Positions 6,744-9,822 of a stretch of DNA of 9,822 nucleotides are shown here, piece after piece. Every line of letters begins with the position of its first letter. The first letter of the stretch is position 1. The DNA comes from a virus (lineage: Duplodnaviria > Heunggongvirae > Uroviricota > Caudoviricetes). The stretch is taken from IMG/VR virus record IMGVR_UViG_3300011952_000030; one strand, 5' to 3'. The notes below the pieces were generated by a model. That model saw only the letters and a list, made by a program, of their open reading frames with translations. It searched no databases and had not been told where the DNA came from. A program made the position numbers and the translations under genes.

Positions 6744-6970
6744 AATATCAAATCTCCATTTTCGTTAGCATCAACCAGGCCTAATAAATATAGCCAATTT
6801 AAAGTGTAAATATATTGCGTGAATGAAGAGTTGTTATTTTTAGATTTGAATTCATTATACAAGTCTATAATATCAACATACGAATAAGCATTTGAACTCA
6901 TGCATTCTAATAACCGAGCTCCCAGGTAATACAAGGTTTGGCTTGGTTTTGTTACATCAGAGATAATCAT
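6734..6970 (-). CDS. 78-aa small protein, winged-helix-like; candidate middle component (LmuC / ABC-3C MC-like)
   Basis: It shares an ATGA start/stop overlap with the upstream gene and a 10-nt overlap with the ATPase gene. The C-terminal TLNWLYLLGLVDANENGDLI looks like a recognition helix plus beta-wing. Its size and its position immediately 5' of the ATPase fit the middle-component slot. Confidence 0.7.
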   Translation of the reverse strand: MIISDVTKPSQTLYYLGARLLECMSSNAYSYVDIIDLYNEFKSKNNNSSFTQYIYTLNWLYLLGLVDANENGDLILCF

Positions 6971-7563
6971 ATTGGTTTTTCCAGAATCTTACACTCTACG
7001 AATGCATGATAAACGATAAAAGAAGCATGGCATTCGATTTCTTCGCTTGTGTAATTCATTGCCATAAGAGAATTTAAGCATTTCTTAATGATGTGCTCTA
7101 TTACACTGTCTATTATCCAATCTGCAAACTCTCTTACCAATTGAATCTTTAAATTATTCCGTTCCTGAGCATCCTTGCAGCTCTTATACGCTTCTCTATG
7201 TTTAAGCAATAAATCTCCTTGACAATCAAGATATCGTGAATTGATGCTTTTCAGTGCCGTTTCCTTAGCAGTAGGCATACTTTCATTTAATGTTTCATAC
7301 GCTTTATCTATCATCGAAGAATATAGATAGAACCCTTCAATACGTTCTCTATGTTTTATAACATCATTGAAGTCTATTTTATTCTCAATATCATATGGCT
7401 CGTAGTCATTGTTTGTACGAGGATCAATAACATTCGAATCAACTAAAATACCAACAAGATCCATAAAAATCGATGGAGACTTTATAATATCAACAGAGTT
7501 AGAATCGACAACCACCTGCACATTACGTGAGTAATTCCCTGACCTTTGAGTAACACCAACCAT
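6967..7563 (-). CDS. 198-aa largely alpha-helical protein with an N-terminal QRSGNYSRNVQVVV motif; candidate third component (LmuA-CTD-like adaptor or sensor) with no recognisable catalytic motif
   Basis: The ATG at 7563 lies 2 nt after the upstream stop, with GAGG 6 nt upstream. I could see no nuclease, HEPN, Sir2, TIR, protease or lipase signature. The helical C-terminal end is ...FIVYHAFVECKILEKPI. Confidence 0.75.
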   Translation of the reverse strand: MVGVTQRSGNYSRNVQVVVDSNSVDIIKSPSIFMDLVGILVDSNVIDPRTNNDYEPYDIENKIDFNDVIKHRERIEGFYLYSSMIDKAYETLNESMPTAKETALKSINSRYLDCQGDLLLKHREAYKSCKDAQERNNLKIQLVREFADWIIDSVIEHIIKKCLNSLMAMNYTSEEIECHASFIVYHAFVECKILEKPI

Positions 7564-7565
7564 GA

Positions 7566-7805
7566 TCAGCCTCGCTTGTTTTCATTATTTCCAAAAACGA
7601 CCGTCTGATTATTTTTTGAATGGCTACCGCTTTTTTGAATTATTGTATGCCCTGAACTTTTTTTATTAACAATAAATGTACCTAAAAATGTTACAAGAAA
7701 GCTACCAGAAGTGAACATCAATGGCACACTATTGAAGTGATATGCAGCAAAGCCAGCGCAAGCAACGAATGTCAAAGAAAATATTCTAATCATAATTCGG
7801 ATCAT
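7566..7805 (-). CDS. Small 2-TM membrane protein (79 aa from the ATG at 7805; 81 aa from the GTG at 7811) with a polar C-terminal tail
   Basis: Two hydrophobic helices (about 7734-7784 and 7668-7727) are separated by only 2 residues. They are followed by the tail NKKSSGHTIIQKSGSHSKNNQTVVFGNNENKRG. AGGA lies 7 nt upstream of the ATG at 7805. It is the first gene of the tightly packed operon. Confidence 0.7.
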   Translation of the reverse strand: MIRIMIRIFSLTFVACAGFAAYHFNSVPLMFTSGSFLVTFLGTFIVNKKSSGHTIIQKSGSHSKNNQTVVFGNNENKRG

Positions 7806-7909
7806 AGCCACATCCTGTAAGTACTGTTGTCATCTTTTAGTGATTCTTGAATCCCATACTATACAAAAGCTTATCCATCTTTTGTACAAGCTTCCGCTTT
7901 GAAAGTGAC

Positions 7910-7938
7910 ATTATAAAGTAACTACAACTTAGAGTGCA
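7910..7938 (-). promoter_or_regulatory. Candidate promoter of the low-GC operon
   Basis: On the minus strand there is a perfect -10 TATAAT (7915-7910), with a weak -35 TGCACT (7938-7933) at 17-nt spacing. It lies about 95 nt upstream of the first ATG. No better candidate is visible before the N-run. Confidence 0.3.
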
Positions 7939-7981
7939 TCCCCCTAAATATCTCCGATGGTGATAGTTGCTGGCTACAACT

Positions 7982-7998
7982 TACTTCCATAACCAACT
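7982..7998 (+). repeat. Right copy of the 17-bp imperfect direct repeat (TACTTCCATAACCAACT)
   Basis: 14 of 17 positions match 4935-4951 in the same orientation. It lies about 30 nt before the N-run. Confidence 0.35.
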
Positions 7999-8028
7999 AA
8001 CTGGCTTGCTCTGCGTTAATTAGTGCAT

Positions 8029-8085
8029 NNNNNNNNNNNNNNNNNNNNNNNNNNNNNNNNNNNNNNNNNNNNNNNNNNNNNNNNN
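8029..8085. other. Run of 57 unresolved bases (N)
   Basis: Directly visible in the sequence. It is flanked by TGCAT on both sides (8024-8028 and 8086-8090). Confidence 1.
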
Positions 8086-8190
8086 TGCATAGGAATGTCA
8101 GCATTATCCGCTCTTGGCACAAACCAAACGACCACGCTAGCGCTAATCTTGTGCCACGAAAATGTCAATTCACATCTGAACTAATGCTCT

Positions 8191-8622
8191 TTAATCTCGT
8201 CGCTTCAATAGATATCGAACATTTCCCTGATAGAATGCGAGTATACGCTGCATAACTTCAGTCTTCCGGCACTCGCGACAGATTATGTTTAGGCGACTGT
8301 CGTAGCGGCGTATTTCTCCGTCAGGTAATGACCAGATAAGGTCCGGATCAACCACAGCAGGTTTCTTCACCTTTGCCCTCGAGAGTTTTTTGCGGGCGTG
8401 TTGCCAGTCCTTACGCGCCTGTTCAGACGGGAATAACCCGTAGCCGGAGTTGTATACATCGCCACTGGCTACCAGCTCTCTGGCAAGAACGCTCATCAGA
8501 TATCTAGTCGCACCTGTTTTAGCTTCCAGTTGCCGTAACGTCTCACGACCGCTCTGGCGCACGAGTTCCACCACCTGCCCTTTAATTTTTTCCCGCTCTT
8601 CTTGTGTAAAAACTTTTGCCAC
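8191..8622 (-). CDS. Hypothetical phage protein, 143 aa
   Basis: The GTG start at 8622 is preceded by GGGGGA. The ORF is co-oriented with, and follows, the replication gene. The N-terminal ~55 residues look winged-helix-like (ETLRQLEAKTGATRYLMSVLARELVASGDV), and the C-terminus has a CRECRK motif. I recognise no family. Confidence 0.7.
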   Translation of the reverse strand: MAKVFTQEEREKIKGQVVELVRQSGRETLRQLEAKTGATRYLMSVLARELVASGDVYNSGYGLFPSEQARKDWQHARKKLSRAKVKKPAVVDPDLIWSLPDGEIRRYDSRLNIICRECRKTEVMQRILAFYQGNVRYLLKRRD

Positions 8623-9130
8623 AAGTCCCCCTTAAAATTACCTCATGACCTGAAATCAACACTTATCCTCTGAAACCAGGCGGAATTTCTGTATCCGGTT
8701 CAGAAATATGATTAACACAACGCTGTACAGGTGAACGTCCCAGGCGGATGACCAGTTCGTCCCATTTTTCGCGGAGCTTTGACGGGCTCATGATGTTTTT
8801 TACCCAGAATGGATCTCGCTGAACCCGACCAAACATTTCGCAAATTTGTCTGTGGCTTCTGCCATCCAGCATCCGCATTGTGCGCACGTCATTGGCCCAG
8901 GCAGTCCAGTTAGGCTCTTTTGGTCGCATGATCTCGCCATCATCACTGGCTGCCTGTTCGTAGAGACCCACGATCCGCCCCCAGATCCACTGCGCACACG
9001 CCAAATCCTCCCTGCTACCCCACTGGCGTTTTTTCGCACTAAACACAACCGCGTCGGAGTTCCGGGTTAAAAAATCCTGTTCAGTCGTCTGCGGGTCCGG
9101 TTGCGAAGCTTCCGGACGAAAAGTGTTTTT

Positions 9131-9166
9131 ATTCTCTGTAGTAATCTCTGTTGTATTCTCTGTAAG
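9131..9166. repeat. Three tandem 12-bp repeats (ATTCTCTGTAGT / AATCTCTGTTGT / ATTCTCTGTAAG) in an AT-rich stretch next to the iterons
   Basis: Directly visible in the sequence. The repeats encode TENTTEITTEN in the replication protein. Their position corresponds to the AT-rich flank of a lambda-type ori. Confidence 0.8.
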
Positions 9167-9176
9167 ATCATCAGGC

Positions 9177-9309
9177 CATTTTGACCCGATGACATTGGAT
9201 CGTTTTGAACCAATGGAGCGTTTCATTTTGACCTCTTCCATCGTGTCATTTTGACCTGATGGAGCGGCGCATTTTGAACCGATGGATTCGTTCAATTTGC
9301 CACCATCTA
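9177..9309. repeat. Origin iterons: 5 good copies and 1 degenerate copy of CATTTTGA(A)CC-GATGGA in a 23-bp register
   Basis: Copies start at 9177, 9201, 9224, 9247, 9270 and 9293 (the last is degenerate). The spacings are 24, 23, 23, 23 and 23 bp. The array lies inside the O-like gene, as in lambda ori, and produces the reiterated SIGSK peptide. Confidence 0.8.
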
Positions 9310-9586
9310 AAAGCTCGCTCCCATAGTTGATCGTGTAGAAATTGGTCATATCGCGCTTTGATTTATTGAGCTTTTCACAACGCAAAAGCCCCAGCGTTTT
9401 CAGACTTGCAAACGCGCGCTTTAACGTTGACTCTGACCAGAATGGGAACTGTTCCAGCCATTGTTCCGTTGTGTTATAAATCCAGCGGAGTTGGTATCTC
9501 TCAACCAGTAGTGCAGTTGTTGCAAAACAATGGCTTCGTTTAAGCCGATTTTCATTGCCAGCTGCGTGTTTATAACCAGTGGGCGT

Positions 9587-9822
9587 TCAGCAAAAAGAAG
9601 ACTCATAATTCCATCCAGCTTTTTGTTGGTATTGCTGTCGATACGCAAGCTTGAAAGCAATTGCTTTTTCTATAAGTTCGTCAGTTTCACGATCTACAAC
9701 GGCAGGATCTGCAAAAAGCAGTCCGGATTCCACCACATCGCCATATTCTTTATTTAACCCGGCGATCATGTACGTAATACTTTTTCCATCACTGGTCTCA
9801 CGATCCAACCTGAAATCACTAA
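9587..9822 (-). CDS. 3' part of a phage ORF that continues beyond the right edge of the window (hypothetical)
   Basis: The frame is open from the window edge to TGA at 9587 (...ITYMIAGLNKEYGDVVESGLLFADPAVVDRETDELIEKAIAFKLAYRQQYQQKAGWNYESSFC). Its last 20 nt overlap the ATG of the replication gene. The ORF-track start at 9808 is TTG and is probably internal. Confidence 0.5.
   Translation of the reverse strand, partial: SDFRLDRETSDGKSITYMIAGLNKEYGDVVESGLLFADPAVVDRETDELIEKAIAFKLAYRQQYQQKAGWNYESSFC

Larger units (their letters stand above)
8663..9606 (-). pseudogene. O-like replication initiator / replisome organiser (wHTH N-terminus), interrupted by a single-base frameshift; it contains the ori iterons
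   Basis: The frame from the ATG at 9606 reads MSLLFAERPLVINTQLAMKIGLNEAIVLQQLHYWLRDTNS and then runs to TAA at 9421. A second frame reads RWIYNTTEQWLEQFPFWSESTLKRAFASLKTLGLLRCEKLNK... to the stop at 8663. The two halves join seamlessly if one C is restored at 9485-9490 (tcc-cgc-tgg). The span is 944 nt, so restoring one base gives 945 nt, or 315 codons. Confidence 0.7.

Noticed and set aside
3358-8085. The two N-runs as biological features, and a general scan for CRISPR arrays, tRNA genes, IS elements or integrase genes
   Set aside because: Ns are unresolved bases, not sequence. I saw no repeat-spacer arrays, no cloverleaf-like tRNA candidates, no terminal inverted repeats with a transposase, and no recombinase ORF anywhere in the window.
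8116-8155. Inverted repeat GGCACAA ... TTGTGCC (7-bp arms, 26-nt loop containing the palindrome TAGCGCTA) downstream of the 143-aa gene
   Set aside because: The loop is long and neither strand has a U-run, so it is not a credible intrinsic terminator. A role as a binding site cannot be supported from the sequence alone.
8450-9070. Track ORFs 8450-8635 (+), 8800-9048 (-) and 8846-9070 (+)
   Set aside because: They are shadow frames inside the 143-aa gene and the replication gene, with Arg/Ser/Pro/Gly-rich products and no SDs.
9421-9757. Track ORFs 9421-9660 (-) and 9530-9757 (+) as independent genes
   Set aside because: ORF 9421-9660 is the 5' portion of the frameshifted initiator gene, with a true start at ATG 9606. 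The TTG at 9660 lies inside the upstream ORF. ORF 9530-9757 is an antisense shadow frame.

Overview
The window holds the early-right, nin and Q segment of a lambdoid enterobacterial prophage, a mosaic that resembles Qin and DLP12 of E. coli. It is transcribed on the minus strand, so gene order runs right to left. That order is: a partial upstream ORF; an O-like replication initiator carrying ori iterons and one frameshift; a 143-aa ORF; a 57-nt N-run; a ~2.8 kb low-GC four-gene operon at 5019-7811; a possible 28-aa hydrophobic ORF; an apparently complete hok/mok/sok locus; a rem-like gene; a 92-aa ORF; a DUF968/ydfU-like gene crossed by a 110-nt N-run; and a quuD-like Q antiterminator followed by a candidate PR' promoter and tR'-like terminator. 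Left of Q there are no lysis genes. Instead there is a lower-GC two-gene module, blc on the plus strand and a DUF523+DUF1722 fusion on the minus strand, bracketed by a 22-bp imperfect direct repeat. The main lead is the low-GC operon. It encodes a 2-TM protein, a 198-aa helical protein, a 78-aa winged-helix-like protein and a 574-aa coiled-coil ABC/SMC-type ATPase. That layout matches Lamassu / ABC-three-component logic, but no enzymatic effector is recognisable. A peptide motif is shared between the tail of the membrane protein and the N-terminus of the 198-aa protein. All family assignments come from reading motifs and from memory, since no searches could be run.
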